Numbered from the stretch's first letter, positions 27,035 through 38,930 are shown. The stretch is DNA of 64,000 nucleotides from an uncultured Gammaproteobacteria bacterium (GCA_964402565.1 CAYOCJ010000002.1:170982-234981); one strand, 5' to 3'. Numbers and translations are program-made. Notes: generated by a model not told the origin, from the sequence alone.

Positions 27035-27337
27035 ATGTTCCACTTCAACTTCCCGCTGGAAAGCGGCGAAGAGCTCTTGGTAGATTTCTCTCTTGAATCT
27101 GGACCGAAGGCCCGATGCCATTATTGCGGAAAGCCAGGATTTCAGTCTCTCGTCGAGGTTGAGTGTATCGTCTGCGACGGCGTTTTGATCGATAAGGATT
27201 CCAGCCTGTATTGGGCAGCGGTAGGCAAGATCCGGCAAACATGTTTTCACAAGCGAGGACGGTGCGAGCCGCAGACAGAATGTGCGGAAAAATTTTGGGA
27301 TGAAGTATTTGCGGCCCTTGATGACCTCGGGACCTGA
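27035..27337 (+). CDS. small Cys-rich protein, 100 aa (7 Cys; zinc-ribbon-like)
   Basis: ATG preceded by a perfect SD aggagg at -11..-6. CHYCGK and CIVCDG pairs. A plus-strand terminator follows at 27340-27368. It overlaps an antisense 126-aa ORF, so strand choice rests on the SD and terminator. Confidence 0.45.
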   Translation: MFHFNFPLESGEELLVDFSLESGPKARCHYCGKPGFQSLVEVECIVCDGVLIDKDSSLYWAAVGKIRQTCFHKRGRCEPQTECAEKFWDEVFAALDDLGT

Positions 27338-27339
27338 AG

Positions 27340-27368
27340 CCCCGTGTAGCGATATGCGGGGCTTTTTC
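27340..27368 (+). terminator. intrinsic terminator after the small Cys-rich ORF
   Basis: gccccg-tgtagcgatatg-cggggc followed by ttttt. Confidence 0.6.
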
Positions 27369-27376
27369 ATATATAC

Positions 27377-27420
27377 ACAAAACCTCTCGTCCGCCGGATG
27401 GCAGAGAGAGGTTTTGTGCG
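27377..27420 (-). terminator. intrinsic terminator of rpoC
   Basis: Perfect 13-bp stem cacaaaacctctc / gagaggttttgtg with a 17-nt loop, immediately 3' of the rpoC stop. Confidence 0.55.
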
Positions 27421-27436
27421 AATAGAGATTCGCTGA

Positions 27437-30400
27437 TTATTCTTTGAAGCCTGTTCCTGCAGGGATGAGGCGTCCAATGATGACGTTTTCTTTCAAACCA
27501 CGGAGCTTGTCTTTCTTGCCCGTGATCGCGGCATCAATGAGGACGCGCGCTGTTTCCTGGAACGATGCTGAAGCTAAGAATGAATCAGAAGCAAGAGACG
27601 CCTTGGTGATGCCCATGAGTAATGAGTCGCCAATTGCTTTCTCGCCCTTGGTCGCAGCATTCGCTTCCTGGAACTGCGTATAGGTGACGATCTCGCCTGG
27701 CAAGAGTTCGGTTTCGCCAGAATCTTTGACGTAGATCCTCGAGAACATCTGTCGGGAGATCAGCTCGATGTGTTTGTCGTTCAGTTTTTGACCCTGCGAT
27801 GAGTAAATGTATTTGATCTCCTTGATGATGTACTTCTGGACCGCAAGCTTGCCTTTCAATAGGTAGAGCTCGTGCAGATCAACTGAGCCTTCGGTCAATT
27901 GAGCGCCTGGCATGACGAGTTCGCCGTTCTTCACCCAGAGATTATAGCCTGCCGGGATCAGCACTTCGATCGTTTCATTCTTCTCGCCCGTGAGTGTCAT
28001 CACGCCCTTCGCAAGCTTCATGGTGCCGCCGAATGGCGCACGGAACTCTTCAGTCTCATTCTTGGTGAGGAGCAGCTGGTTGCGCTCAACGACCTCGCCG
28101 TCTTTCACGCTGATCTTGTCATTGTCAGCATCATAGCTGTAGGAAGCGGTCGCTGCTTTCGGATTCTTGATCTTGATCAGTCGGTTCTTATTGCTGCCCA
28201 AGGTCTCATTATCGATAATGATCTGGCCTTCCATCGGAGCAATGATGGCTTTCTTCTTCGGTGGACGGGCTTCGAAGAGTTCTTCAACACGAGGCAAACC
28301 TTGGGTAATATCTCCGCCGGCGACACCTCCGGTGTGGAAGGTTCTCATCGTAAGCTGCGTGCCAGGTTCGCCGATGCTTTGCGCAGCGATGATACCGACT
28401 GCAGTTCCCTTTTCAGCAAGGATATTTTGGCCAAGCTCATAGCCATAGCATTTCTGGCAAATGCCTCTGATGGACGTGCAGGAAAGAACCGAGCGGATAA
28501 TGACCGATTCAGGATTTGCTTTATTGATCTTAGCTGCTAATTCATTGGTCACCAGGTCGCCTTTCTTTGCAAGCGGCTTGCCTTTTCCTTCAACGATATC
28601 TGCTGCCAGGAATCGCCCGACGATGCGCGCACCGATCGTTTCATTCATTTCTTCAGTTTCCTCCCGATCGATGATAAGCCCTTCGGCATCTTTGCAATCT
28701 TCATCAATAATGATGAGGTCCTGTCCCACGTCGATCAAACGGCGCGTGAGGTATCCGGCATTCGCGGTACGAAGCGCAGTATCGGACAAACCTTTACGCG
28801 TTCCGTGCGTAGAGATGAAGTATTCGAGAACATCGAGGCCTTCCTGGAAGTTTGCTTTGACCGGCAGCTCGATAATATCACCAGCAGGAGAGGTCACGAG
28901 ACCTTTCATACCCATGATCTGAATCATCTGTGCCCATGAACCGCGAGCGCCTGATTGAATAATGGTTGAGATTGAATTCAACGGATCGAACTTTCCTTTC
29001 GCATCTTCAGTGATGCGATTTTTGATATCGGTCCAGGTTTCGATGACCTTGATATAGCGCTCATGATCGGTCAGTAGTCCGCCATTGAATTGGTCGCGGA
29101 TTGTGTTGACGGTTTCCTCGCCTTCGGTGATCAGATTTTTCTTTGTGCCAAGCTTTGGAATATCATCCATGCCCCAGGACAGGCCTGAGCGGGTGATATA
29201 GGTGAATGCCAGGTTTTTAATATCGTCCAGCAGTTCGACTGTCCGTTCGCGGGTTTCTGTGGTGATCGCATCAGTGACGATCTGCTTCAAGCCATTCTTT
29301 TCAAGCGTCTTATTCAGATACGCATGGCCTTTCGGCAATACTGCATTGAATACGATGCGGCCGACGGATGTTTCAAGCCGTTCGCCATTCAGCATGACGA
29401 GGATCGGCTGCTGCAATTTGATATGGCCAAGCTTGTAGGCAAGTTCAGCTTCATTCGCGTCGCCGTATGATTTCAGCTTCTCGCCGTCTTTCTTTGGCAG
29501 GATTGAGGTCAGATAATACACGCCCCAGACCATGTCCTGTGAAGGGATCGTGATCGGTTCGCCAGTAGCCGGCTTCAGTAAGTTCATATCAGCGGCCATG
29601 ATCTCCCGCGCTTCGCGTTTTGCCTCGTCGGTCAGGGGCAAGTGCACGGCCATTTGGTCTCCGTCGAAGTCTGCGTTGAATGCTGAACAGACAAGCGGGT
29701 GCAGCTGAATTGCTTTACCTTCGATCAGCACTGGCTGGAATGCCTGGATGCCGAGGCGATGGAGGGTTGGGGCGCGGTTCAGGAGTACATGCGTGCCCTT
29801 AGTAACTTCTTCGAGAATATCCCAGACCTCGCCATGTCCTTCGTCGATATAGCGGTTGGCGCTTCGGACATTGTGTACCAGTTCCCGTTCGATCAACTTT
29901 GAAATGACGAATGGTCGATAGAGCTCGAGAGCCATCTGTTTCGGAAGTCCGCATTGCGCGAGCTTCAAGTGAGGACCGGCAACGATAACGGAACGGCCGG
30001 AGTAGTCAACGCGCTTACCGAGCAAGTTCTGTCGGAAGCGTCCTTGTTTGCCTTTCAGCAAGTCAGCGATCGACTTCAGCATTCTCTTTTGACCAGTGGA
30101 GGCAGTGACGGTCTTTCCATGTCGTGCATTATTATCGATCAATGCATCAACAGCTTCCTGCAACATGCGCTTCTCATTGCGCTGAATGACTTCAGGCGCT
30201 TTCAGATCTTTCAGGCGCTTCAAGCGATTATTGCGGTTGATGACACGCCGATAGAGGTCATTCAAATCTGAAGTCGCGAAACGTCCGCCATCAAGCTGCA
30301 CCATTGGCCTGAGATCCGGAGGGATGACCGGCAATACGGTCATGATCATCCATTCAGGTTTGATCTTATTCGTGATCAAGGTTTTGATCAGGCGTGAACG

Positions 30401-31315
30401 GCGGATAAGTTTCTTTTTCTTCGATGGAATGCAGGTCGCGATCTCTTTATCCAGTTCCTTGGCGAGCTGCTTCAGGTCGAGTTCGGTAAGCAGCATGCGG
30501 ATAGCTTCTGCGCCGATGCGCGCTTCGAAGACGTGGCCGTACTTCAGGGACAGGTCCTGGTAGGCATTTTCAGAAATAATGCTTTTTACCTGCAAGCTCT
30601 TCAGCTCCTTCTTTGCAATATCAGCAGCTGTATCTAAATGAGTGAGCTTCTCGATTTTCTGAGCATTGAGGCTTACGATCGCATCGTTGGTCTGCTTTTC
30701 GATCGTTTCTGCTTTTTTGCCTGATTGCAGAGCTTGTGATTTCTTGCCTTGTATTTCGCTGATCTTATGTTCGATCTCAGCTTCGATCTGCTTGCGCTTT
30801 CCTTTCAGCTCATCCTGGATCTGCTGCAGCGTTTCTTCGCGGGCAGGCTCGTCTACTTCGGTGATGATGAAACTCGCAAAGTAAATGATCTTTTCAAGCT
30901 CTTGTACCGAGAGGTCAAGCACCAGGCCGATCTTTGACGGAATGCCACGGAGGAACCAGATATGCGAGACCGGCGTGGCAAGGTCAATGTGCGCCATGCG
31001 TTCGCGTCGTACAATGGAACGGGTGACTTCAACGCCGCATTTGTCGCAGATAATTCCTTTGTAGCGGATCTTCTTATATTTGCCGCAATAGCATTCCCAG
31101 TCCTTTGACGGACCGAAAATTTTCTCGCAGAAAAGTCCGTCACGCTCAGGCTTCTGAGTGCGGTAATTGATGGTTTCAGGGGAGAGTACTTCGCCATGAG
31201 ACCATTTATGCATGATATCAGGGCTTGCAACCTTCAGCCGGATCGAGTCAAAGTCCAGAGTCTTGGTAGGCTCTTGTGACATGAAGGTTGTTTTGGTCGA
31301 TGATGGTGTAGACAT
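27437..31315 (-). CDS. rpoC: DNA-directed RNA polymerase subunit beta'
   Basis: 1292 aa. Zn-finger [23 protein letters not shown], catalytic [12 protein letters not shown], and the trigger loop/bridge helix region. Confidence 0.97.
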   Translation of the reverse strand: MSTPSSTKTTFMSQEPTKTLDFDSIRLKVASPDIMHKWSHGEVLSPETINYRTQKPERDGLFCEKIFGPSKDWECYCGKYKKIRYKGIICDKCGVEVTRSIVRRERMAHIDLATPVSHIWFLRGIPSKIGLVLDLSVQELEKIIYFASFIITEVDEPAREETLQQIQDELKGKRKQIEAEIEHKISEIQGKKSQALQSGKKAETIEKQTNDAIVSLNAQKIEKLTHLDTAADIAKKELKSLQVKSIISENAYQDLSLKYGHVFEARIGAEAIRMLLTELDLKQLAKELDKEIATCIPSKKKKLIRRSRLIKTLITNKIKPEWMIMTVLPVIPPDLRPMVQLDGGRFATSDLNDLYRRVINRNNRLKRLKDLKAPEVIQRNEKRMLQEAVDALIDNNARHGKTVTASTGQKRMLKSIADLLKGKQGRFRQNLLGKRVDYSGRSVIVAGPHLKLAQCGLPKQMALELYRPFVISKLIERELVHNVRSANRYIDEGHGEVWDILEEVTKGTHVLLNRAPTLHRLGIQAFQPVLIEGKAIQLHPLVCSAFNADFDGDQMAVHLPLTDEAKREAREIMAADMNLLKPATGEPITIPSQDMVWGVYYLTSILPKKDGEKLKSYGDANEAELAYKLGHIKLQQPILVMLNGERLETSVGRIVFNAVLPKGHAYLNKTLEKNGLKQIVTDAITTETRERTVELLDDIKNLAFTYITRSGLSWGMDDIPKLGTKKNLITEGEETVNTIRDQFNGGLLTDHERYIKVIETWTDIKNRITEDAKGKFDPLNSISTIIQSGARGSWAQMIQIMGMKGLVTSPAGDIIELPVKANFQEGLDVLEYFISTHGTRKGLSDTALRTANAGYLTRRLIDVGQDLIIIDEDCKDAEGLIIDREETEEMNETIGARIVGRFLAADIVEGKGKPLAKKGDLVTNELAAKINKANPESVIIRSVLSCTSIRGICQKCYGYELGQNILAEKGTAVGIIAAQSIGEPGTQLTMRTFHTGGVAGGDITQGLPRVEELFEARPPKKKAIIAPMEGQIIIDNETLGSNKNRLIKIKNPKAATASYSYDADNDKISVKDGEVVERNQLLLTKNETEEFRAPFGGTMKLAKGVMTLTGEKNETIEVLIPAGYNLWVKNGELVMPGAQLTEGSVDLHELYLLKGKLAVQKYIIKEIKYIYSSQGQKLNDKHIELISRQMFSRIYVKDSGETELLPGEIVTYTQFQEANAATKGEKAIGDSLLMGITKASLASDSFLASASFQETARVLIDAAITGKKDKLRGLKENVIIGRLIPAGTGFKE

Positions 31316-31340
31316 AGTTTTGAGTATAGATAAGCGTTGG

Positions 31341-34300
31341 TTAGTCTTCGGTTCGCTTATTATCCTTCAGGAGTTCGACGTCGAGTGCCAGGCCTTTCAA
31401 CTCTTTGACCAAGACATTGAAAGATTCCGGGATATTCAGTCGATCGATCTTCTCTCCTTTAATGATAGCTTCGTACGCCTTCGACCGTCCGGGTACGTCG
31501 TCTGACTTGATGGTCAAAATTTCTTGCAAAGTATGTGCAGCGCCATATGCTTCGAGTGCCCACACTTCCATTTCTCCGAAACGTTGGCCGCCGAATTGAG
31601 CTTTGCCGCCCAATGGCTGCTGGGTGACCAAACTGTATGGTCCGATGGAGCGCTGGTGGATCTTGTCTTCAACCAAGTGATTGAGCTTCAGGATATAGGA
31701 GTAACCGACCGTTGTCTTTGAGTCGAATGCTTCACCAGTTTTACCGTCATAGAGCTGCAGCTTGCCGTCCGTTGGCCAATTTGCCTTGGTCAGCTCTTCT
31801 TTGATGGTTTCTTCTGATACGCCATTCAGCGCTGGACTTGCGACTTTATAGCCAAGTGTATGAGCTGCCAGTCCGAGGTGTGTTTCGAGCAATTGGCCCA
31901 GGTTCATACGCGAGATAACGCCGAGCGGATTCAAGATGACATCAATAGGAGTTCCGTCAGCGAGGAACGGCATATCTTCCCGAGGAACGACGCGCGAGAT
32001 AACGCCTTTATTACCGTGACGACCTGCGAGCTTATCGCCGACCTGTACTTTACGCGTCTGAGCAACCGTGACCTGAATGGTTTTGATAACACCAGCAGGC
32101 AGCTTATCCCCCGAGTCTCTGGAGAAAATTTTAATGTCGACGACCTTACCGTGTTCGCCATGTTCGAGATAGAGCGAGGAGTCGCGGACATCTTTTGCTT
32201 TTTCACCGAAGATAGCACGGAGCAATTTTTCTTCAGCAGAAAGTTCGGTTTCACCTTTTGGCGTGATCTTGCCGACGAGGATATCTCCGGAGGCTACTTC
32301 TGCACCGAGCCGGATAACACCGTCATTGTCGAGGTTCTTTAATTTTTCTTCTGAAATATTCGGGATATCGCGTGTCACGACTTCTGGTCCGAGTTTGGTA
32401 TCGCGTACATCGACTGAAAAATCTTCGATATGGATGGACGAGTAACGATCTTGCTGCACGATGCGGTCTGAAATAAGGATAGCGTCTTCATAGTTGCCGC
32501 CTTCCCAGGACATATAGGCAACGAGTACATTTTGTCCGAGCGCGAGTTCGCCGTTTTCAGTTGCAGCTCCGTCGGCTAATGCCTGATCTTTTTTCACCTG
32601 ATCGCCTTTGACCACGATAGGCCGCTGGTTCATAGAGGTGAAGGCATTTGATCGTTCGAATTTCATGAGATCAAAGTTGTGCATTTTTCCGGACGCACCC
32701 TTCATCTGGATCCTATTTGACTGTACCGAAGTGATTTCACCATCTTCCGGCGCATTCACGACCTGTCCTGAATCTTGTGCTGAGCGAGCTTCAATACCGG
32801 TGCCGACGATCGGCGACTCCGGATTGACGACTGAAACCGCCTGCCGCTGCATGTTCGTTCCCATCAGAGCGCGGACAGCATCGTCATGTTCGAGGAATGG
32901 AATGAGCGAGGTTGATACCGAAATGATCTGGTTCGGAGCTACGTCCATGTAGTCGATTTTTTCGACCATGTCGTATTTCGGTACACCGTGGCTGCGGATT
33001 TCAGCATATTCTTTCAGGAAGTATCCATTGGTATCCACCAAGGTCGTTGCAGCGGTCGTATTACCTTTCTCTTCAACGAAGGCATCGATATACACGACAT
33101 CAGGCAGCACGCGCGGTTTGATCGGGATCAGTTTTAATTCTTTGTCGGATGCGAGTTTTTTTGCATCAGCGCTGGAGATGGTATCGCCCGCCTTAACAAC
33201 AATGGTTTTGCCGTCTTTCAGGTCTTCACGTGCGATCTCATTCACAGCGGACTTGCCGTCATTCGGCACATCGTGAATGACTTTCCTGAAAGGCGTTTCA
33301 ATAAGACCGAACTCATTGACCCGTGCATAGGTCGACAGGTGGCCGACCAGACCAATATTCGGACCTTCTGGTGTTGCGATCGGGCAAATGCGTCCATAGT
33401 GAGTGCGATGCACGTCGCGAACTTCGAATCCTGCTCGTTCGCGTGACAGACCTCCCGGGCCCATAGCTGAGAGACGTCGTTTGTGTTCGAGCTCCGAGAG
33501 AGGATTGATCTGATCCATGAATTGAGACAGCTGTGAGCTCATGAAGAATTCTTTGATCGATCCCATGACCGGACGTGCATTGATAAGCTGGTTCGGTGTC
33601 AGAGTATTGATATCCAAAGTCGACATGCGATCCTTGATGATGCGCTCCATGCGTGCCAAACCAATGCGGAATTTATTCTGTACCAATTCGCCGACCGCGC
33701 GGATGCGGCGATTGCCGAGGTGATCGATATCATCAGGTGATTCTTGAGTAATATTTAAACGGATGATCTCGCGGATGATGGCGATCAGGTCTTCGCGGCG
33801 CAGGATGCGGGTCGTTTTATCATTGGGAATATCAAATCCGAAGCGTGAGTTGATCTTATAGCGGCCGACGCGTCCGAAATCATACCGATCAAAATTGAAG
33901 AACATTGAATGGATCAGGTTGCGTGCATTATCTGTCGTAGCGAGATCTCCTGGTCTGATTCTCTTATAGACTTCCCGCAGGCCGTCTGCTTCATCTTTCG
34001 ATACATCCTTTTCCATTGTCGACTTGATGAACTGGATCTCAGGATGATTATCGATGTCCTTGAACAGATTCGTGATCTCTTCATCAGAAGAGTACCCGAA
34101 TGCTCGTAATAGCCCAGTGATAGGCACTTTGCGTTTCCGGTCGATCTTTACATAGATGACATTATTGCCGTCGGTCTCGATCTCCAGCCATGCGCCCCGG
34201 TTAGGAATGATCTTTGCTCCATAATAGTTTCTGCCGCGGACGATCTCTGAAGTGAAAAAGACGCCTGCGCTGCGGATCAGCTGCGAGACGACGACGCGCT

Positions 34301-34682
34301 CAACGCCGTTGATGACGAAGGTGCCCCTATTCGTCATGAGCGGGATGTCGCCGAGATAAATTTCCTGTTCTTTCACCTCGCCTGTTTTTTGGTTGACCAA
34401 GGTCACCTTCACCTTGATCGGCGCTTCAAAGGTGGTATTGCGCGCCTTTGCTTCTTTCTCGTTGAACTTCGGTTCATCGAGATAGTATGATTCGAAATAT
34501 AATTCCAGATCGCGACCAATAAAATCTTTGATCGGCGATACTTCGTCGAATAATTCTTTCAGTCCTTCCGCAAAAAACCAGTCATATGACTTTTGCTGGA
34601 CTTCGATTAAATTCGGAAGCGAGATCGCTTCACGTACGGGCGTGAAATATACGCGCTCCGCTTTGGGTTTCGTATGGGGCAT
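31341..34682 (-). CDS. rpoB: DNA-directed RNA polymerase subunit beta
   Basis: 1113 aa. Conserved rifampicin-cluster region (QLSQFMDQINPLSELEHKRRLSAMGPGGLSRERAGFEVRDVH) and C-terminal GGQRFGEMEVWALEAYGAA. Confidence 0.97.
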   Translation of the reverse strand: MPHTKPKAERVYFTPVREAISLPNLIEVQQKSYDWFFAEGLKELFDEVSPIKDFIGRDLELYFESYYLDEPKFNEKEAKARNTTFEAPIKVKVTLVNQKTGEVKEQEIYLGDIPLMTNRGTFVINGVERVVVSQLIRSAGVFFTSEIVRGRNYYGAKIIPNRGAWLEIETDGNNVIYVKIDRKRKVPITGLLRAFGYSSDEEITNLFKDIDNHPEIQFIKSTMEKDVSKDEADGLREVYKRIRPGDLATTDNARNLIHSMFFNFDRYDFGRVGRYKINSRFGFDIPNDKTTRILRREDLIAIIREIIRLNITQESPDDIDHLGNRRIRAVGELVQNKFRIGLARMERIIKDRMSTLDINTLTPNQLINARPVMGSIKEFFMSSQLSQFMDQINPLSELEHKRRLSAMGPGGLSRERAGFEVRDVHRTHYGRICPIATPEGPNIGLVGHLSTYARVNEFGLIETPFRKVIHDVPNDGKSAVNEIAREDLKDGKTIVVKAGDTISSADAKKLASDKELKLIPIKPRVLPDVVYIDAFVEEKGNTTAATTLVDTNGYFLKEYAEIRSHGVPKYDMVEKIDYMDVAPNQIISVSTSLIPFLEHDDAVRALMGTNMQRQAVSVVNPESPIVGTGIEARSAQDSGQVVNAPEDGEITSVQSNRIQMKGASGKMHNFDLMKFERSNAFTSMNQRPIVVKGDQVKKDQALADGAATENGELALGQNVLVAYMSWEGGNYEDAILISDRIVQQDRYSSIHIEDFSVDVRDTKLGPEVVTRDIPNISEEKLKNLDNDGVIRLGAEVASGDILVGKITPKGETELSAEEKLLRAIFGEKAKDVRDSSLYLEHGEHGKVVDIKIFSRDSGDKLPAGVIKTIQVTVAQTRKVQVGDKLAGRHGNKGVISRVVPREDMPFLADGTPIDVILNPLGVISRMNLGQLLETHLGLAAHTLGYKVASPALNGVSEETIKEELTKANWPTDGKLQLYDGKTGEAFDSKTTVGYSYILKLNHLVEDKIHQRSIGPYSLVTQQPLGGKAQFGGQRFGEMEVWALEAYGAAHTLQEILTIKSDDVPGRSKAYEAIIKGEKIDRLNIPESFNVLVKELKGLALDVELLKDNKRTED

Positions 34683-35109
34683 AGATACAAAACTGCTTAC
34701 TGGTTAAGTGACGAGCGTTCTCGCGAAGAAGAAGCCAATCATTCCTGTGAAATGCTATTGTAGATCACAGGGAGACCATCAGGCACCAAATATGGTGCCG
34801 GACGACCAGGTAAAGATCGAACTAGACTTTTTGCGGCACAATAAAATCCCCACCCTGATTTTACTCTGGGAGAGGTGTGCGTTTTATGTACTGTTATTCG
34901 GTGCCTAAGCTCAGAACTTGGGCTTTAAACATGGGACTATGATACTTGAGAATTAAATTCTTGTCAATGCCTAGGGCAAGTTATCTGTCAAGAATTATAA
35001 AAAAAGACTAACTTTAGCTAAATTTTTAGATAGCATTCATACTTTTTTATCTAAAATAAGGCCTAAATTTAATTTTTATGGACAAGTTATACACAGTCAA
35101 TGGCTATAC

Positions 35110-35145
35110 TAAAAGCACTTCTGGCTGATCAGCCAGAAGTGCTTC
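35110..35145 (-). terminator. intrinsic terminator of the 35169..35933 gene
   Basis: Perfect palindrome agcacttctggctgatcagccagaagtgct, followed on the minus strand by a T-rich run. Confidence 0.55.
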
Positions 35146-35168
35146 ATCTCGGTAGTTAGCAGTATGTA

Positions 35169-35933
35169 TTATTCGCCTTTGACTGCGCTAAAGTCGACCA
35201 TGATCGTAGCATCGCCCTTTTCGTTCATGATCGGCGCATCATCCTCAATTTTGAAGTTGCCATCGCCGTTATCAGTATGCAACATCGCAGTATAGGTATT
35301 CCAGGTCGTCAGCGCCTCAGGCATGGCAATGGAAACTATTTTTGATGCTCCTGCTTTCAAGAGAGGCGAACTTGCAATGATCGGCCCTGGTTTTGAGCCG
35401 GTTTTTTTATGAATGACCACATAGCCAGGAGCTCCGAGCAGCACCGTATCAACGATCACTGCATTGCCGACGGTCTGAGTTTTTATCTGTAAACCATTTT
35501 CACCGGAGATCATGCTTGAGACATTGGTTCCGCTGCACACATAGGCTGTCTCGAAATTGAGCGAAGCAATGTCAGCGCAAGCCGCTGAAGGCTTCGATGA
35601 TCCTCCGACGCAATAGATCCGCTGGCCATTTTTATCATAGTAGGTGACGGTTTTTTGGGCGGTGCCGTATACGATCTTGGTATAGTCACCTGACGAATCA
35701 ACACGCTGTACGCCTTTCACACAATATTTTTGATATTGTTGAGTCAGCGTTAGACTCGTCACAGCCTCTTTCTTCATAGCAGCCTGCCGTTCTTCATCTG
35801 CTTTCTGGGAAGCCATCTCGGTCGCTTTGCGTAGCGATTGATTATTGAACGAATCAAGCAGTGTAACGGCAGCAAGGATGCCGATAGCGGCGAGGAGTAT
35901 ATAGAGCGCTTGTTGTTTTTTAGATGATCGCAT
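35169..35933 (-). CDS. hypothetical secreted / membrane-anchored protein
   Basis: Signal-anchor MRSSKKQQALYILLAAIGILAAVTLL. No recognisable domain. Confidence 0.45.
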   Translation of the reverse strand: MRSSKKQQALYILLAAIGILAAVTLLDSFNNQSLRKATEMASQKADEERQAAMKKEAVTSLTLTQQYQKYCVKGVQRVDSSGDYTKIVYGTAQKTVTYYDKNGQRIYCVGGSSKPSAACADIASLNFETAYVCSGTNVSSMISGENGLQIKTQTVGNAVIVDTVLLGAPGYVVIHKKTGSKPGPIIASSPLLKAGASKIVSIAMPEALTTWNTYTAMLHTDNGDGNFKIEDDAPIMNEKGDATIMVDFSAVKGE

Positions 35934-35992
35934 AGAAATGATTAATAAGTTAATGAGGTAAGTATAATACGTTTTTGATCTTTATTCGAGCC

Positions 35993-37210
35993 CTAGGGCA
36001 GGAGCTTCTGGATGCTCTGATTTCGCTGCTTCATGCTGGCCGCATGCATCACCACAATGATCTCGCCGTCTTTTTTTATAGCAGCATTCCGCTGCGCTTC
36101 GACGAGGAAGCCTGTTTTTGCCGCATCAGGATTAAAGGCGAGCAAGCTGTAATTTCTATTCGCTACGCTGATAGTGCGGTCTGTGCCGTCGCTGCCGGTT
36201 ACCGTGAAATGTATTTCACGTTTCACGCCCTCAGACGCAATGCGCAGCGAATTGAACGCTCGGTTCGCAAGGATCGCCATTTCTTGCGGCGTCGTGACAT
36301 TGTTCGCATTGAGCCCTGCTGGTTCAAAGAACAAGGTTTTGGTCAAACCGAATGAGCGTGCCTTGTCATTCATTCGTTGGACAAAATCTGATCGCGTTAC
36401 GCCGCTGTTATCCGCAAGGATGATGGCACTTTGATTCGATGAGGCGAGCAGCATGGAGGTCCAGAGGTCTTTTGTTTCTACGGTGTCGCCCGTTTGAAGC
36501 GGAACTTCGCTGGTTGCGTCATCTCCGACCAAGGTTTTCGGATAATTAATTTCGTCAGCAGTGATTGTGATCTTTTTATCAAAATCCAGATTGAGATCGA
36601 GCAGCACCAGCGCTGTCATGAGTTTCGTGAGCGAAGCAAGCGGTAATACTGCCGTAGAGTTCTTGCCGCCGACAAAATGATCGCCGGTATAACGTACATA
36701 TCCTAAGGAAACAGATACCGGATCAAACATGACCTGTTTTTTCGTCATCGCGAGCTTCACAAGCGATTTTGATCCGACCGTTATCCCAAGGTCCTCGGAT
36801 AATTGTTGTACATGATCGAACGTGTCGAATAGATAACGTTTGCCGGTCGCAGGATTTACATACCAGGATTCATCAGTATTTGCTTTGGTTACCAGCCGGC
36901 CGATATATTTGCCAGTATATTTTTTCGCAGTGGCAGTGACGCCATTTGGTATTTTCGCGAACGTTGCGCTGGTGATGGTTGTAGTTAGGTTATCACGGAG
37001 CCATTTCACATCAGCATCGTCGCGAATGATGTATCGGATGTTTTTCAGCGGTTCAGCGTACCAGATGCGGTCGGAATTTTTTTCCAAAAGCAGATTGCCT
37101 GAAAGCTGAGAAACCGTGTACACCTTTTCTGCAGCCGCTTTCGCAGCCTGAGTAGGTGCTAATGGCGAGAGGACGGCGAGAACAGTGATGATAGCAAAAT
37201 ATTTTCTCAT
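35993..37210 (-). CDS. dacA: D-alanyl-D-alanine carboxypeptidase (S11 / PBP5-like)
   Basis: Signal peptide. Active-site SxxK (ASLTK), SxN (SSNQS) and KTG (AKTGF) triads at the correct spacing. Confidence 0.8.
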   Translation of the reverse strand: MRKYFAIITVLAVLSPLAPTQAAKAAAEKVYTVSQLSGNLLLEKNSDRIWYAEPLKNIRYIIRDDADVKWLRDNLTTTITSATFAKIPNGVTATAKKYTGKYIGRLVTKANTDESWYVNPATGKRYLFDTFDHVQQLSEDLGITVGSKSLVKLAMTKKQVMFDPVSVSLGYVRYTGDHFVGGKNSTAVLPLASLTKLMTALVLLDLNLDFDKKITITADEINYPKTLVGDDATSEVPLQTGDTVETKDLWTSMLLASSNQSAIILADNSGVTRSDFVQRMNDKARSFGLTKTLFFEPAGLNANNVTTPQEMAILANRAFNSLRIASEGVKREIHFTVTGSDGTDRTISVANRNYSLLAFNPDAAKTGFLVEAQRNAAIKKDGEIIVVMHAASMKQRNQSIQKLLP

Positions 37211-37284
37211 AGATAAAATTCAGTATAGCATGTTACATTTTTTTGTACTAAAAATGTACAACGACCTTTCACATGCAGCGATGA

Positions 37285-37689
37285 TTATGCCTGAGCGATC
37301 AACAACAGCACGAGAATATAGATGATATGCTCGTCAAGAACAGGATTATTCGCCGGAGGGAATCCGGAGAGATAAATCAGCGCCATCATAGCGATGCCGC
37401 AGTAGGCAGAAAATTTCAGTTTGATTTTGGTCAAAAGCCCAACGCCAACTCCGAGCAGGCCAAGCATGAAAAGCCAGTCGACCAGAGGGTTGCCGGCCAT
37501 TGCCTGGAAGATTCCGACAAACATTCCATGCGTGCCATGTGCGAGGTAACCAGCGGCTGGCGAAGTTCCTGAAATCCACGACTGATCCGGTTTTGTTGCA
37601 AAACCTAAACCAAAAACTTTATCGATGAATGCCCAGAGGAAAACTAATCCGAGTGCAATACGGAGTAGTTTTAGAATTTTTTTGTTCAT
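37285..37689 (-). CDS. DoxX-family membrane protein
   Basis: LLRIALGLVFLWAFIDKVFG DoxX N-terminal signature with 4 TMs. Start overlaps the rarA stop as ATGA. Confidence 0.6.
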   Translation of the reverse strand: MNKKILKLLRIALGLVFLWAFIDKVFGLGFATKPDQSWISGTSPAAGYLAHGTHGMFVGIFQAMAGNPLVDWLFMLGLLGVGVGLLTKIKLKFSAYCGIAMMALIYLSGFPPANNPVLDEHIIYILVLLLIAQA

Positions 37690-38831
37690 ACATCTCTTTT
37701 TAAATATTTCTTCTTTTTCAGTGTATCAGGTAAATAGCTTTCTTTCGAATATTTTTCATAGCCTTTGCCATAGCCGAGATGTTTCATGAGTTTAGTCGGT
37801 GCGTTGCGGATATGCATGGGGATCGGCAGATTGCCGAATTCCTTTACATCAGCCATAGCTTCTTGCAAGCCATCGTATGACGAGCGATCTTTTTTACAAT
37901 GTGCGAGATAGGCAACTCCATGCGCTAAGTTGATCGCGCACTCAGGATAACCGATGGTTTCGCATGCTCGAAAAACTGCATTTGCGACGACTAAGGCAGT
38001 CGGCTGAGCAAGTCCAATGTCTTCTGAAGCAAAGATGACCATGCGACGCGCGATGAAGAGAGGATCTTCGCCTGTCTCTATCATACGGGCGAGATAGTAG
38101 AGCGCAGCATCAGGCTGTGACGCGCGCATGCTCTTGATGAAGGCAGAGATCGTATTGTAATGCTCTTCACCTTTTTTATCGTAGCGCAGGAATTTGGACT
38201 GTAATGCGTCTTTCAGATGTTCCAGTGTCAGTGTTTTATACAAGGCCGCAGTATTGTCGATCATGGTCAGCGCTTGCCGTGCGTCGCCATTGGCCATTCG
38301 TATGAGCCATTCTTTTGCATCTTTTTTGATTGCGTAACCAGTGCGGTCTATGATCTGAGACATATCCTTTTCTGAAAGTTCATTAAGGACAAAAACTCTG
38401 CAGCGTGACAGCAAAGGAGCTATCACTTCGAAGCTGGGATTTTCTGTGGTAGCGCCTATCAAGGTTAGATCGCCTGACTCGACATACGGCAGCAGAAAAT
38501 CCTGCTGTGCTTTATTAAAACGATGAATTTCATCGAGGAATAGAACGACCGGTTGGGAATCGAGCTTGCGCTGCGCCTTGGGTACGATACTGCGTATATC
38601 ATCTTTGCCTGCAGAGACAGCTGAGAGCTCATGCAGCTCAGCGTCGAGAGCAGCTGCATAGATCTTTGCCAATGTTGTTTTCCCGACACCCGGAGGGCCC
38701 CACAGGAGGAAGGAAAATAAATGTTTCTTCTCAATTGCTTCCCGAAGCGGCTTTCCTTTACCGACCAGGTGTTCCTGGCCGACGAAGTTGTCGAGTGATA
38801 CGGGCCGAATTTTAGCTGCGAGAGGTTCCAT
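37686..38831 (-). CDS. rarA: replication-associated recombination protein A (AAA+ ATPase)
   Basis: Walker [15 protein letters not shown], Walker [13 protein letters not shown] and sensor 2, plus the MgsA C-terminal helical domain. Confidence 0.9.
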   Translation of the reverse strand: MEPLAAKIRPVSLDNFVGQEHLVGKGKPLREAIEKKHLFSFLLWGPPGVGKTTLAKIYAAALDAELHELSAVSAGKDDIRSIVPKAQRKLDSQPVVLFLDEIHRFNKAQQDFLLPYVESGDLTLIGATTENPSFEVIAPLLSRCRVFVLNELSEKDMSQIIDRTGYAIKKDAKEWLIRMANGDARQALTMIDNTAALYKTLTLEHLKDALQSKFLRYDKKGEEHYNTISAFIKSMRASQPDAALYYLARMIETGEDPLFIARRMVIFASEDIGLAQPTALVVANAVFRACETIGYPECAINLAHGVAYLAHCKKDRSSYDGLQEAMADVKEFGNLPIPMHIRNAPTKLMKHLGYGKGYEKYSKESYLPDTLKKKKYLKRDV

Positions 38832-38930
38832 AGTCTAGGTATCTTACCCCTCCATAAAACCCTTTGCAAACAAAAAAGCAAACCCCGGCCAGAGTGGTCG
38901 GGGCTTTAGTTTTTTGCGCTTCAGGTGAGT

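Noticed and set aside
26990-27370. 126-aa minus-strand ORF between ftsK and rpoC as the real gene
   Set aside because: No SD, and its start lies within a terminator hairpin. The opposite-strand ORF has better translation signals. Kept as the alternative.
27437-34682. Numerous 60-210-aa antisense or out-of-frame ORFs inside rpoB/rpoC (e.g. 27899..28540, 31860..32342)
   Set aside because: They are embedded in highly conserved essential genes and are typical spurious ORFs.
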